From Chloroflexota bacterium (GTDB taxonomy: Bacteria > Chloroflexota > Anaerolineae > Anaerolineales > E44-bin32): DNA of 64,000 bases. The stretch covers positions 1,068-65,067 of the forward strand of contig JADFRQ010000011.1 in NCBI GenBank assembly GCA_022561215.1, written 5' to 3'. Shown here in pieces: positions 18,715 to 28,949 of the stretch. The position numbers were made by a program, and so were the translations under genes. Under the pieces are notes generated by a model, which was given only the letters and a program-made list of their open reading frames with translations, searched no databases and was not told the DNA's origin. Position 1 is the first letter of the stretch. Each line of letters starts with the position of its first letter.

Positions 18715-21069
18715 GTGGAAGCGTATTGTGTAAAGTGTAAACAAAAAAGGCCGGTGCAAGATCCACAGGCCACATTTACGTCAACAGGAACACCCGCGAC
18801 CAGGGGAGTTTGCCCGGTTTGTGGGACGAAATTATTTCGCATGGGGCGCACGTCTGCTCATGATGGGCTGGAACCAGAGAAAGTTGTCCGCAAACCACGT
18901 AAACGTAAAAAATTGAAAAATGACAAACCTAGAAAAGGGAAACTGGTCATCGTCGAATCTCCTGCGAAAGCGAGGACCATCGCCCGATATTTGGGCAAAG
19001 AATTTTCGGTGCGTGCCTCCATTGGGCATGTGCGTGATTTGTTAAGATCGCAAATCTCGGTGGATGTGGAAAACGGGTTCATCCCAAAATACAGGGTCCC
19101 GAACGAAAAACGGGAAGTCGTAAAGGAGCTTAAGGCCGAGGCCGCTGCAGCAGAAGAAATTTACCTGGCAACCGATCCAGATCGAGAAGGCGAAGCGATA
19201 GCTTGGCACCTTATCGAAGCAGCAGAAATCGATGATGGCCGCGCGCTCCGGGTTGTGTTTAATGAAATCACTCAGAGCGCCATAGATGAAGCGTTCACCA
19301 AGCCACGTGCCATTGATATGGATCTGGTTAACGCACAGCAGGCCCGGCGAATTCTTGACCAATTGGTTGGCTATAATTTGAGCCCTCTTCTCTGGGCGAA
19401 GGTGAGAAGTCGCTTGTCCGCGGGGAGGGTGCAGTCGGTTGCACTGCGGCTTATTGTCGACAGAGAGAAGGAAATTCGTATATTTGAAGCCCAAGAATTT
19501 TGGACAATCGATGCCGATTTTCTGCAGACCGAAAAGCCACCTGAATTTCGAGCGCGTCTTGTTGCTATCGATAAACAAAAATCGGAGTTTGGGTCCGAAG
19601 ATGAAGTAAACGTTTTGCAGGAAAAATTGCGCAGTGCACGTTATTCGGTACGCAAGGTTAAACCGGGAACGCGTGCTCGGCGTCCTGCGGCCCCATTCAT
19701 AACGAGCACTCTACAGCAGGCCTCATCGAATCGATTGCGTTATTCGGCGAGCAAAACAATGGCAATCGCACAGCAACTTTATGAGGGAATTGAGCTTGGG
19801 GAAGGCGATCCAACCGGGCTGATAACCTACATGCGCACGGATTCCACACAGGTTGCCAAACAGGCCCAAAATGAAGCCAGGGAGCTAATTCGTGATTCCT
19901 TTGGTGCAGAGCATGTTCCCGATGAGCTTCCAATCTATAAAACAAAAACCAAGCGGGCACAGGAAGCGCATGAGGCGATTCGGCCCACGTCAGTAAGGAA
20001 AGAGCCGGAGAAGATAAAAGAGTTCCTTAGCAAGGACCAGTACAAGTTATACGACTTGATTTGGAGACGTTTCATTGCATCACAAATGAAACCAGCGCAA
20101 TACGACACCCTCACCATTGAAATCGAGGGTCAAACGGTTGACCAAAATTTTCTCTTCCGAGTTTCAGCTTCAAGCATAAAATTCACAGGATTTACAGAAG
20201 TTTATGCGTTGCGTACGAAGAATGATGGTTCCTCGAATGGAAGGGACCAGCTGGAGGCAAAAATGGCTCGCTTGCCTGCGTTAGCGGTTGGTGATCCAGT
20301 GGATTTGGTTGAATTATTTCCGGAACAGCATTTTACTCAGCCCCCAAGTCGATATTCCGATGCCACTCTCGTTAGAGCGCTTGAAGATAACGGCATTGGT
20401 AGGCCATCAACCTACGCGCCGATTCTTTCCACGCTACAGCGTCGAGGGTATACGGAGAGAAAGCAACTTAAGTTGTATCCCACGGAAATTGGAGAGGTCG
20501 TAAATGATCTCATAGTCGACCATTTTCCGGACATCGTCGACCTTGGGTTTACGGCGCGCATGGAAGAAAATCTCGATAAAATCGCTCTGGGTCAAATACC
20601 CTGGGTCGAAATCGTCAGAAATTTTTATGGTCCTTTTGCAGAGCAGGTTGAGAAGGCACGCGAGCTAATGCCCGAAGTGAAAACAGAACCTGAAATACTT
20701 GATCGCCTCTGTCCTGAGACCGGGCATCATCTGGTTGTGCGTCATGGACGTTACGGGAAGTTTATCGGGTGTTCTGATTTTCCGACCTGTCGATACACAG
20801 AACCTTGGTTAGAGAAGATTGGCGTGCATTGTCCGCAATGTGCGGAGGGCGAACTTGTGGAAAGACGAACGCGCAAGGGCAGAGTTTTTTACGGCTGTTC
20901 TCGTTATCCTGAATGTGATTTCACCAGCTGGAAAAGACCACTCCCCAATCCATGCCCGCACTGTGCAGGGTTATTGGTGGTAGATAATAAGAGCCACGCG
21001 GCATGTTTAGCTTGTGGGAACCAATTCGAATTGGAAATGTTTGAAGAACATGAGGATCAATTGGCATAG
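18715..21069 (+). CDS. topA: DNA topoisomerase I with an extra N-terminal zinc ribbon and three C-terminal C4 zinc fingers
   Basis: TOPRIM LVIVESPAKARTI and DPDREGEAI, active-site YMRTDS. C-terminal CPETG..C..C, CPQC..C..C and CPHC..CLAC. AGGAG at 18703-18707 precedes GTG 18715. Confidence 0.95.
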   Translation: MEAYCVKCKQKRPVQDPQATFTSTGTPATRGVCPVCGTKLFRMGRTSAHDGLEPEKVVRKPRKRKKLKNDKPRKGKLVIVESPAKARTIARYLGKEFSVRASIGHVRDLLRSQISVDVENGFIPKYRVPNEKREVVKELKAEAAAAEEIYLATDPDREGEAIAWHLIEAAEIDDGRALRVVFNEITQSAIDEAFTKPRAIDMDLVNAQQARRILDQLVGYNLSPLLWAKVRSRLSAGRVQSVALRLIVDREKEIRIFEAQEFWTIDADFLQTEKPPEFRARLVAIDKQKSEFGSEDEVNVLQEKLRSARYSVRKVKPGTRARRPAAPFITSTLQQASSNRLRYSASKTMAIAQQLYEGIELGEGDPTGLITYMRTDSTQVAKQAQNEARELIRDSFGAEHVPDELPIYKTKTKRAQEAHEAIRPTSVRKEPEKIKEFLSKDQYKLYDLIWRRFIASQMKPAQYDTLTIEIEGQTVDQNFLFRVSASSIKFTGFTEVYALRTKNDGSSNGRDQLEAKMARLPALAVGDPVDLVELFPEQHFTQPPSRYSDATLVRALEDNGIGRPSTYAPILSTLQRRGYTERKQLKLYPTEIGEVVNDLIVDHFPDIVDLGFTARMEENLDKIALGQIPWVEIVRNFYGPFAEQVEKARELMPEVKTEPEILDRLCPETGHHLVVRHGRYGKFIGCSDFPTCRYTEPWLEKIGVHCPQCAEGELVERRTRKGRVFYGCSRYPECDFTSWKRPLPNPCPHCAGLLVVDNKSHAACLACGNQFELEMFEEHEDQLA

Positions 21070-21180
21070 AAAGTGCAACGTGGAATTGATCTAGACATGC
21101 GATTAGTCTAAAATCAAACATCATGCCGAAAGAGACACCGATATCTATTTGTAGGCGTGCCGAAGTAGAAGAGAGGCGCA

Positions 21181-22212
21181 ATGGGTGCCATTGGCGAACT
21201 ATTCGACCGTAAAGCTATTCTTGGCATAAGTGCACTTGTGCTTGGACTGGTAGTCGGTGTGTTCTACGCATGGGTTATCAGCCCGATCAGGTGGATCGAT
21301 GGTACGCCTGAGCAATTGAGGGATGATTTGCGACAGGACTATATGCGCATGACTGTCGATTCCTATTCAATAAATAATGATGAGAATCTGGCGATCACCC
21401 GTTATCAACATCTCGGAGAGTTTGCGGCGGAGACGCTAACTAAAACGGCGGATAACCCTGCCTCAATAAGTCCGGAAGCGCTACAGAATTTTCGAGCGGC
21501 CGTCGAAAATTTTGCTCCTGATATTCCGGATCAATCGAGTTCTGATCAACTTCCTTCCACATCGAGCGGCAGCAGCTTGTTTAGCACTCTTCTGGGAATC
21601 ATTCCATGGATATTTGGAATTGTTGCGTTCTTTGGTGCCATCGGATTCGGCGTCTATCTTTTGCGACGCCGGGGGGCAGATGAAACCGGATCCTATCCTG
21701 AAGAAAGTTTTTCCGAAAATCTCTCGCACGAACCATCCGAACTCGATATGCGGTTGGGACAGTCGCTGGGAGCTTCGGATGAGCCCATTGCGAACTTTCG
21801 GACAATCTACTCCCTGGGCGACGATTTGTACGATGATTCTTTTAGTATCGAAGGCCCCAATGGTGAATTTATGGGTGAATGTGGCGTCGGTATAGGTGAC
21901 ATTATTGGTGTCGGCGAACCGAAGAAGGTTTCCGCATTCGAAGTTTGGCTATTTGATAAGAATGACATACAAACCGTGACGAATGTTTTAATGAGCAGCT
22001 ATACGTACAACGACGAAGCTACGCGCGTGCGGATTTCCGCGAAAGGGGAGCCCATATTAGCGGAAAATGGGGGTGTAATTGAGCTGCGTACAGAGTCCTT
22101 AAGGCTCGAAGCGCGAATTGTCGATCTGACATTTGGGGAAGGAGCGCTTCCTTCCGGAAGCTTCTTTGAGCGCATTGCGATCGAGCTAAAAGCCTGGCAT
22201 TCGGGTTATTAG
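21181..22212 (+). CDS. Hypothetical two-TM membrane protein with unassigned soluble domains
   Basis: TM segments ILGISALVLGLVVGVFYAWVI and LLGIIPWIFGIVAFFGAIGFGVYLL, with a Ser/acidic linker. No recognisable motif. Confidence 0.5.
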   Translation: MGAIGELFDRKAILGISALVLGLVVGVFYAWVISPIRWIDGTPEQLRDDLRQDYMRMTVDSYSINNDENLAITRYQHLGEFAAETLTKTADNPASISPEALQNFRAAVENFAPDIPDQSSSDQLPSTSSGSSLFSTLLGIIPWIFGIVAFFGAIGFGVYLLRRRGADETGSYPEESFSENLSHEPSELDMRLGQSLGASDEPIANFRTIYSLGDDLYDDSFSIEGPNGEFMGECGVGIGDIIGVGEPKKVSAFEVWLFDKNDIQTVTNVLMSSYTYNDEATRVRISAKGEPILAENGGVIELRTESLRLEARIVDLTFGEGALPSGSFFERIAIELKAWHSGY

Positions 22213-22394
22213 AATCCTCACCAGGCATAGAATGCCAGCGAGTCTATCCTGTATGGTTTTCCTCGTTCGATAAGTAGGGGTTCAGAGACTAGAGTGGCAA
22301 CCGCTGACGGGTAGGAATCCCTCGAAAGTGGCGGCGAAACATACTTAAACGGCTCGCCTCAGTTGAGATGGTCTTAATCCATAGACTTAGGCAA

Positions 22395-22862
22395 TTATTT
22401 GATCTCTAGAATGTCCAATTCGATCTCCCCTCCGGGAGTCTTCACCTTTACCGTATCGCCGGCGCTCCTCCCCAGTAGCGATCTTCCGATAGGGGATTCA
22501 TATGATATCTTCCCCTCGCGAACATTGGCTTCTTGTATGCCAACAATTCTGAAGGTTTGCGGTTTGCCATTTCCCTCGCGCACGATAATTGTGGAGCCAA
22601 TTTCAGCTTTTCCAGTGGAAACTTGTTTTTCAATAACGACGACATTATCAAGTACGGCCTCTAATTCTTGTATTTTTCCCTCGAGAAACGCCTGGTCTTC
22701 CTTGGCCTTGATGTAATCAGCATTTTCCGATAAATCACCCATTGCAACTGCATTACGTAATCGATCAGCAAGGTCCTTTCGTTTTGCTCCACGCAAATCT
22801 TCGAGGTCGATCTTGATTTTTTTTATTCCCTCCGGCGTTAGAAAATATTCTTGTTTGCTCAT
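22395..22862 (-). CDS. greA: Transcription elongation factor GreA
   Basis: 155 aa. Coiled-coil N-domain with GDLSENADYIKAKEDQAFLEGKI, and a C-terminal FKBP-like ISYESPIGRSLLG. Confidence 0.95.
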   Translation of the reverse strand: MSKQEYFLTPEGIKKIKIDLEDLRGAKRKDLADRLRNAVAMGDLSENADYIKAKEDQAFLEGKIQELEAVLDNVVVIEKQVSTGKAEIGSTIIVREGNGKPQTFRIVGIQEANVREGKISYESPIGRSLLGRSAGDTVKVKTPGGEIELDILEIK

Positions 22863-22888
22863 TTGTACAATCCTACTCCATTCCCAAA

Positions 22889-24103
22889 TTATGGTCCTAC
22901 GGTGGGATCAAATAATCGCGCGTGATCTTGAAGCGCGAATCGATCTGTCATTCCTGCAAGATAGTCGGTAACAACACGATAGAAATCGCCATGATGAGCG
23001 CGCGCTTGGACTTCGCGTGGTAAGATTTCTGGGTTCTGTGTATACGATTCAAAGAGATTTTGCAGCATCCGTTCTGCCTTTATCTGCATTCTGTATACGC
23101 GCGGATGGCGATAAAGATTTTGATAAAGAAAGGATTTCAATTCGCGATTCATTTCTTGCATAGCCACGGAGAAGCCCACGATATTCGAAGAATGCAATTG
23201 AATGTCTTCTGTAGTTTCGATGCCGCTTCTTTCGATTTGATCACTGGTCTCGCCAATGAGATCGGAAACTTCAAGTCCAATTAAGCGGCGAATGATGCGA
23301 TGTCGATTTAGTTCGCTGAGTCGAGATGGTTCAAGGTCGAGGCTCTCGAGCAATGTTTCCCAAAGCGCCAATCCATCGAGTTGTTCAGGTGTAATCAAAG
23401 CCGAGCGTAAACCGTCATCAAGGTCATGCGCACTATAGGCGAGTTCATCTGCAGCGTTGGCAATTTGAGCCTCGAGGTGGCCCCGTTTTTCAGGGTCAAA
23501 ATTAATGGCATCGGCGACGCCGTTTTCAGTTTCATGTTTGACAATTCCCTCTCGAACTTCCCAGGTAAGGTTAAGTCCTTGAAAATCCGGATATCTATTT
23601 TCTAATTCGGTTACGATGCGAAATGATTGCCTGTTATGGTCAAATCCGCCATGTTCTTGCATAAGTTTGCTTAGTGTAGATTCGCCAGCATGCCCAAACG
23701 GCGGGTGACCCAGATCATGTGCAAGGCAGATCGATTCGACAAGATCTTCATTGGCTCCCAACGCGCGGCTAATCGTCCTTCCCACTTCAGCGACTTCAAG
23801 CGTGTGGGTCAATCGAGTGCGATAATAATCACCCTCCGAGATAATGAAAACCTGCGTCTTATGCTTCAGCCGGCGGAATGCCGTGGTGTGCAAAATACGC
23901 TCGCGATCGCGTTGAAACGGCGTGCGGTAGGCGCGCTCTTCCTCGGGAAATGCCCGGCCTTTGGAGTCACTGCTTCGCATACCATAGGAAGCAAGCGTGC
24001 GATTCTCGTTATCCTGAAGCTGTTGGCGCGAGATGATCATGCGACCCCTGTCGATGTTCAAAGAGAAAGAGTCTAACTGACGGCTAGTTGATATGTCAAT
24101 CAA
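22889..24103 (-). CDS. dGTP triphosphohydrolase-like HD-domain protein
   Basis: FQRDRERILHTTAFRRLKHKTQVF, RLTHTLEV and LAHDLGHPPFGHAGE motifs. The start may be an internal Met. Confidence 0.85.
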   Translation of the reverse strand: MIDISTSRQLDSFSLNIDRGRMIISRQQLQDNENRTLASYGMRSSDSKGRAFPEEERAYRTPFQRDRERILHTTAFRRLKHKTQVFIISEGDYYRTRLTHTLEVAEVGRTISRALGANEDLVESICLAHDLGHPPFGHAGESTLSKLMQEHGGFDHNRQSFRIVTELENRYPDFQGLNLTWEVREGIVKHETENGVADAINFDPEKRGHLEAQIANAADELAYSAHDLDDGLRSALITPEQLDGLALWETLLESLDLEPSRLSELNRHRIIRRLIGLEVSDLIGETSDQIERSGIETTEDIQLHSSNIVGFSVAMQEMNRELKSFLYQNLYRHPRVYRMQIKAERMLQNLFESYTQNPEILPREVQARAHHGDFYRVVTDYLAGMTDRFALQDHARLFDPTVGP

Positions 24104-24336
24104 TACATTGGGGAATTGGTCTTTCGTGCCTTTGCCTGCTTGCGGGAAGGGGGTCGTGGTTTCGAAATCGATTGATCAATTTTGCCTCTCGTGAGGTAAT
24201 AGCGTCCCCGGCACGGATGTGTTGTATCTAGCCCCATAGGGCTTGGCATGGCGGAGATCGAAGGCAGCAACTATGAGAGAACTTCCGAATCTTAATTTAC
24301 CTTCTGCGGTTAGAATACTTGTTTGAGGAGAGTGGA

Positions 24337-25962
24337 ATGCCAAAAATTGTGACCATCAAGGAGATGCAAGAGATTGAAAAGGCAGCGGATTCTCAAGGAT
24401 TATCTTTTGACACAATGATACAAAATGCCGGGAAATCGATTGCGGATATTGCCATTTCCCGATTGGGGAAAGTGGAAGGCAGGCGTGTCGTTATCCTTGC
24501 TGGAAAGGGGAACAATGGGGGAGATGGGCTTGTTGCTGGGCTTCACTTGGCAAATGATGGGGCCCTGGTTTCCATTTATCTGACCGAAAAACTGGCAGAA
24601 GGTGAAGAGCTGCTTAAGCCTTTGCAAGATAAGCAGCTCCTTGTTGCGGTCTACGCCGATGATCAGCGATCGAGAGTGCTGAGGAATCTTCTACGGAGTG
24701 CAGATATCGTGATTGACAGCGTTTTGGGGACGGGGGTTAAATTGCCATTAAAGGGTGCGGCAAAGGAAGTGCTCTCCAAGGCACAGCAAATCCTGTCGAA
24801 ACGGGAAACCTTGCCCTATGTAATCGCCGTCGATTGTCCATCTGGCTTGAATTGTGACACGGGCGAGATTGCAGATGAAGCGCTAAAAGCGGATTTGACG
24901 ATCACATTAGCTGCGGCAAAGCCGGGTTTAATAAGCTTTCCAGGCGCCGGATATGTTGGTGAGCTGGTGATTGGCGAGATCGGGCTTCCACCGAGGCTCA
25001 AAGAACTTGCGAAAATTAAACTCGAATTACAAACCGCTGAGTCAACGGTTCGCTTGTTTCCGCCGCGACCTATGGATGCTCACAAGGGCACATTTGGCAA
25101 GGTGTTGATTGTTGCCGGCTCGATAAACTACCCGGGGGCAGCCGGTTTGGCGGGAGTTGCTGCCTACAGAAGCGGCGTTGGGCTTGTGACCCTGGCTGTG
25201 CCTGCCGTAATCCAGCCCATGTTGGTGCCAATACTGCCAGAGGCCACATGGGTTTTGTTGCCGCATGATATGGGCGCCCTGAATGAAAATGGCGCCGGTA
25301 TTATTGTTGAAGAATATGAATCCACGCAGGCACTGCTGATCGGTCCCGGCTTAGGTCAAGATGACGGCACCTTAGGCTTACTCTCAAGTCTATTTTATTC
25401 CGCAGACTTCAGTGAACGCTCACAAATTGGGTTTCTAAAGTCAAGCTACGAGCTGAGCGATACGCCGAACGAGATTCCACCGTGTGTCATTGATGCCGAT
25501 GGATTAAATCTTCTGGCAAAAATTGATAACTGGTCAAAATTGCTTCCACCGCTATCAATCCTGACGCCGCATCCTGGCGAGATGGCTACCCTAACAGGTC
25601 GATCTAAGGATGAAATTCAGCAAAACCGTGTTGCGGTTGCCAGGGAATTTGCGAAAGCTTGGGGTCATGTAGTCACATTGAAGGGCGCATTTACAGTAGT
25701 TGCCTCTCCCGATGGCAGGGCTGCGGTTATGCCCATCGCCACTGCGGCGCTGGCACATGCGGGAACAGGTGATGTCCTGGCAGGAGTCATCGCAGGATTT
25801 AGAGCCCAAGGACTCGAAGCATACGAGGCTGCAATAGCGGGAAGCTTTATTCAGGCACGTGCAGGGGAATATGCGGCGGAGGTGCTTGGGACCGGGGCGA
25901 GTGTTCTTGCCGGAGAGGTCGCCGAAGCGCTGCCCAATGTTATCGCAGAACTAAACGCATAA
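24337..25962 (+). CDS. nnr: Bifunctional NAD(P)H-hydrate repair enzyme (epimerase / ADP-dependent dehydratase)
   Basis: YjeF_N motif GKGNNGGDG and C-terminal carbohydrate-kinase motif GTGDVLAG. GAGGAG RBS precedes ATG 24337. Confidence 0.9.
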   Translation: MPKIVTIKEMQEIEKAADSQGLSFDTMIQNAGKSIADIAISRLGKVEGRRVVILAGKGNNGGDGLVAGLHLANDGALVSIYLTEKLAEGEELLKPLQDKQLLVAVYADDQRSRVLRNLLRSADIVIDSVLGTGVKLPLKGAAKEVLSKAQQILSKRETLPYVIAVDCPSGLNCDTGEIADEALKADLTITLAAAKPGLISFPGAGYVGELVIGEIGLPPRLKELAKIKLELQTAESTVRLFPPRPMDAHKGTFGKVLIVAGSINYPGAAGLAGVAAYRSGVGLVTLAVPAVIQPMLVPILPEATWVLLPHDMGALNENGAGIIVEEYESTQALLIGPGLGQDDGTLGLLSSLFYSADFSERSQIGFLKSSYELSDTPNEIPPCVIDADGLNLLAKIDNWSKLLPPLSILTPHPGEMATLTGRSKDEIQQNRVAVAREFAKAWGHVVTLKGAFTVVASPDGRAAVMPIATAALAHAGTGDVLAGVIAGFRAQGLEAYEAAIAGSFIQARAGEYAAEVLGTGASVLAGEVAEALPNVIAELNA

Positions 25963-26053
25963 TAATAGGCAGGCAAAATTCAATGTTAATGAAAGGGGCT
26001 TCTCTATTGAAGCCCCTTTTTTAGAAATCAGTTTTCTTCCACTGTGGCGAAGG

Positions 26054-26410
26054 TCACGCTTTGGCGGGTTTTTCGTCGGAAATTTCTGCTTTCTTGCGTC
26101 GTGCAGCCTTCTTCCCTGAATCGACCGCTTTCTCAATGCGAGCCTTTTGTTCTTCGAGAACTGCTTGACCTCGTTGCTGCAGGTCTTCAGCCCTCGTCCT
26201 TGCTTCTTCAGCAAGTTTTTCGGCTCTTGTGCGCGCCTCTGTCGCTGATTGTTCGACCTGGTCTTTGATTTCGATGCTTTTGTCGCGAATGAAAGTCCGA
26301 GTTTCTTCACCTGACTGAGGGGCGAGCAACAATGACACTGCCGCGCCCACCAATCCACCGATTACGAAACCGGAAATAAAAGCTCCAAAATCTCCATCTC
26401 TGTCCGCCAT
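26054..26410 (-). CDS. YtxH-domain protein
   Basis: N-terminal GAFISGFVIGGLVGAAVSLLLAPQSGEETR followed by a charged helical tail, the typical YtxH layout. Confidence 0.75.
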   Translation of the reverse strand: MADRDGDFGAFISGFVIGGLVGAAVSLLLAPQSGEETRTFIRDKSIEIKDQVEQSATEARTRAEKLAEEARTRAEDLQQRGQAVLEEQKARIEKAVDSGKKAARRKKAEISDEKPAKA

Positions 26411-26430
26411 GCTGTTCCTCCTACAATAAA

Positions 26431-26865
26431 TTATTCCGTTGAATTCGATCGGCCAATACCAACAAGATCGAGTGCCTGCCGAATTGCTGCAATGGTGCTA
26501 TTGACCTTAATCACCGGTTTGACGAGTTTGCTGCTTAGAAATGCCGTTGTGCCGCGCAATGTCTGCACGGTTTCAGTGGTCGAGTTGAGTATTGGTCGGA
26601 TCTCGTTTGTCAAGAGCGCAGTTAAACGGGCGAGCTGCACAATGAGAACAATTAAGGTAAGTCCTATAACGAGTGATTCCATAGCCATGAAAATAATCAC
26701 AATATCGCGAATAGTCTCGGTTTGGCCCGGATTTTTTATCATCGTCGCCACAGCCAAGATTATTCCCGCGAAGAGGAGTACGCTAAGAAACACCGCGCCG
26801 ATGATTGCGGCGCGCTGTTTTCCACTCGTCGTTGTCTTATTGTTTTCTTCCGATGAACTCGACAT
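26431..26865 (-). CDS. Two-TM membrane protein with helical C-terminal region (DUF948-like, tentative)
   Basis: TM segments AAIIGAVFLSVLLFAGIILAV and IVIIFMAMESLVIGLTLIVLIV, then an amphipathic helix. Sits next to the YtxH gene, as in Firmicute stress operons. Confidence 0.55.
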   Translation of the reverse strand: MSSSSEENNKTTTSGKQRAAIIGAVFLSVLLFAGIILAVATMIKNPGQTETIRDIVIIFMAMESLVIGLTLIVLIVQLARLTALLTNEIRPILNSTTETVQTLRGTTAFLSSKLVKPVIKVNSTIAAIRQALDLVGIGRSNSTE

Positions 26866-27313
26866 GCTACCAATCGTAATATCTAAAATGGTCGACTATT
26901 GTATCACACGTCTCCATGCGGGAAATCGGAACGTTATGCGAGGTGGCTTATTTAAAATACACAAGCATTTGCCTACTTTATGTTCCTCGGCACCGCGGTC
27001 TAGTAGCGCAGACTTTCGACAAAGTAAAGCAGGATGGTACTGGATAAATGGGCCGCGCCGTGGGACGTAATCTAACCTCTGAGAAAATTTCTCACGCCGT
27101 ACGTGCGCAGGAAAACGAGCATCTGAGGATATGAATGACCGGTAGTTGGTTGGATGGGACGATTGTGCGTACGGCTACGAATTAATACGTAAGAAATAAA
27201 CCCTGGATCGCGTCTATGCACGTGTAACGGGGGTTTCATTTTCGTAGCAGCATGCTCTTTGCCAATTCACCAGTCGAAGTCCATCAAATTGAATTATTGG
27301 GAGTTTGAGCATC

Positions 27314-27973
27314 ATGAACAATACACTTGCACCGGAGTCTGGAACAAACGGTCATAAGCATACGTCCACCGTAATGGAGGTGCGTAAACCTTCAGCCCAT
27401 TTGATGATCGAACCGAGGGCAGCGATCGAGGATAACATCTATCAGATCCTTTTGAATGTTGGTGAAAATCCTGAGAGAGATGGCTTGCAGCGCACACCAC
27501 ATCGCGTCGCGAAAATGTACGAAGAGCTTCTAGAGGGTTACGCGCAGGATGTGACGAGCATTATTAATGGGGCGATGTTCGATGTTGAATATGGGGAAGA
27601 TGAGATGGTGGTAGTGGCGGACATTGAATATGGTTCCATGTGCGAGCACCATATGCTTCCTTTCACCGGAAAGGCGCATGTGGCGTATATACCGGGTGAA
27701 AAAGTTGTCGGCTTGAGTAAGATTCCCCGGATCGTGGATATGTTTGCCAGACGCTTGCAGGTTCAAGAGCGGCTTACGAATGAAATTACGGACGCTCTAG
27801 AATCCGCTATTAAGCCCAAAGGCGTAATCGTTTTGTTGGAGGGGCAGCACAGCTGCGCATCGCTGCGCGGGGTGAAAAAGCACGGCGTAAATATGATGAC
27901 AACCGCAAAGCGGGGAGTTTTCAAAACGGACACACAGCTGCGCGGAGAATTTTTCCGTATGATCGGGAAATAG
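27314..27973 (+). CDS. folE: GTP cyclohydrolase I
   Basis: [20 protein letters not shown], and RLQVQERLT...HSC motifs. Confidence 0.95.
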   Translation: MNNTLAPESGTNGHKHTSTVMEVRKPSAHLMIEPRAAIEDNIYQILLNVGENPERDGLQRTPHRVAKMYEELLEGYAQDVTSIINGAMFDVEYGEDEMVVVADIEYGSMCEHHMLPFTGKAHVAYIPGEKVVGLSKIPRIVDMFARRLQVQERLTNEITDALESAIKPKGVIVLLEGQHSCASLRGVKKHGVNMMTTAKRGVFKTDTQLRGEFFRMIGK

Positions 27974-28003
27974 CAAACCTTTATTCAAATCCCCAATTTA
28001 TAC

Positions 28004-28046
28004 ATGATCGGTCCATCACGACGCAGGGTGGGCCGATCATTTTATT
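28004..28046 (+). terminator. Rho-independent terminator after folE
   Basis: Stem ATGATCGGTCC (28004-28014) / GGCCGATCAT (28031-28040) followed by TTTATT. Confidence 0.6.
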
Positions 28047-28219
28047 ATGGTCCGATCTCGCGTATCAATGGAATGTTTGCCGCTTTCCTACGCGGAAGAG
28101 GGCATCCGATCCCCCCAAAAGCAAGATTAAGGTCTCATTAATAGGTGTAAGAAGAGCCCATATTGTCTCATCAGAGCACTAGAAGGTTACCAAAATTTGA
28201 AGTGATCTAGGGAGATGAC

Positions 28220-28939
28220 ATGGACCCTGTGAATGTAACGATAGGATTAGCTTTTCTTGCGGGATTAGCTTCATTCTTGTCCCCTTGTGTGCTGGCTTTG
28301 GTGCCAGCCTATGTGGGCTATCTCGGTGGCCGATCAATTTCACCGGGAGGCATTGTTGTTCAGGATAAATCAGTTACCTTCAGGCACGGTGTTGCCTTCG
28401 TAATTGGTTTTAGTGTGGTTTTTGTAGCTTTAGGTGCCGCAGCCTCCGCGATTGGAACATTGCTCTTCGACGTGCGCGATACAATCGCAAAGATTGGAGG
28501 AATCGTCGTAATTGTGTTTGGTTTGCACACAATTGGAATCATCAACATCCCCATTCTCAATACCGACACGCGTCGACAAACGAAACCTGGAAAATCGAGC
28601 TATTTCTCATCGAGCATGATGGGCGTAGTCTTCTCTGCCGGTTGGGCGCCATGTGTTGGCCCGGTGCTGGGTGCGGTATTGACATTGGCCATAAGTGGCT
28701 CCGAGGTTACACAAGGTGTTGTCCTTCTTAGCGCCTATTCAGCCGGCCTCGCCATTCCATTCTTGCTTGCAGCGCTTGGAGTAGGACGGATTACGGAACT
28801 GCTCAAGAGACACAGTAAGGCTATTCACACTTTATCGATAACAACCGGCGTGGTATTAGTGGCAGTAGGGATCATGTTATTCACGGGCTCCTTGGAGAAA
28901 TTGGCTCAATTTGGTTTCTTTGTCGACTTTGGACTATAA
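28220..28939 (+). CDS. ccdA: Cytochrome c biogenesis / thiol-disulfide electron transporter CcdA (DsbD core family)
   Basis: Six TM segments with the two conserved Cys motifs FLSPCVLALVPAYVGYL and GWAPCVGPVLGAVL. Confidence 0.9.
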   Translation: MDPVNVTIGLAFLAGLASFLSPCVLALVPAYVGYLGGRSISPGGIVVQDKSVTFRHGVAFVIGFSVVFVALGAAASAIGTLLFDVRDTIAKIGGIVVIVFGLHTIGIINIPILNTDTRRQTKPGKSSYFSSSMMGVVFSAGWAPCVGPVLGAVLTLAISGSEVTQGVVLLSAYSAGLAIPFLLAALGVGRITELLKRHSKAIHTLSITTGVVLVAVGIMLFTGSLEKLAQFGFFVDFGL

Positions 28940-28949
28940 GGGTGTACAC

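Noticed and set aside
26492-27070. 192-aa plus-strand ORF, and also the 135-aa minus-strand ORF at 25951-26358
   Set aside because: The first is antisense to the two-TM membrane gene. The second is an alternative frame of the YtxH gene with a Lys/Arg/Gln-rich, low-complexity translation. The YtxH and membrane-protein frames have the recognisable features.
26866-27313. Riboswitch (THF, preQ1 or other) in the 440-nt region upstream of folE
   Set aside because: I could not find any conserved riboswitch core by eye. This stays unresolved rather than positive, and an Infernal scan would settle it.
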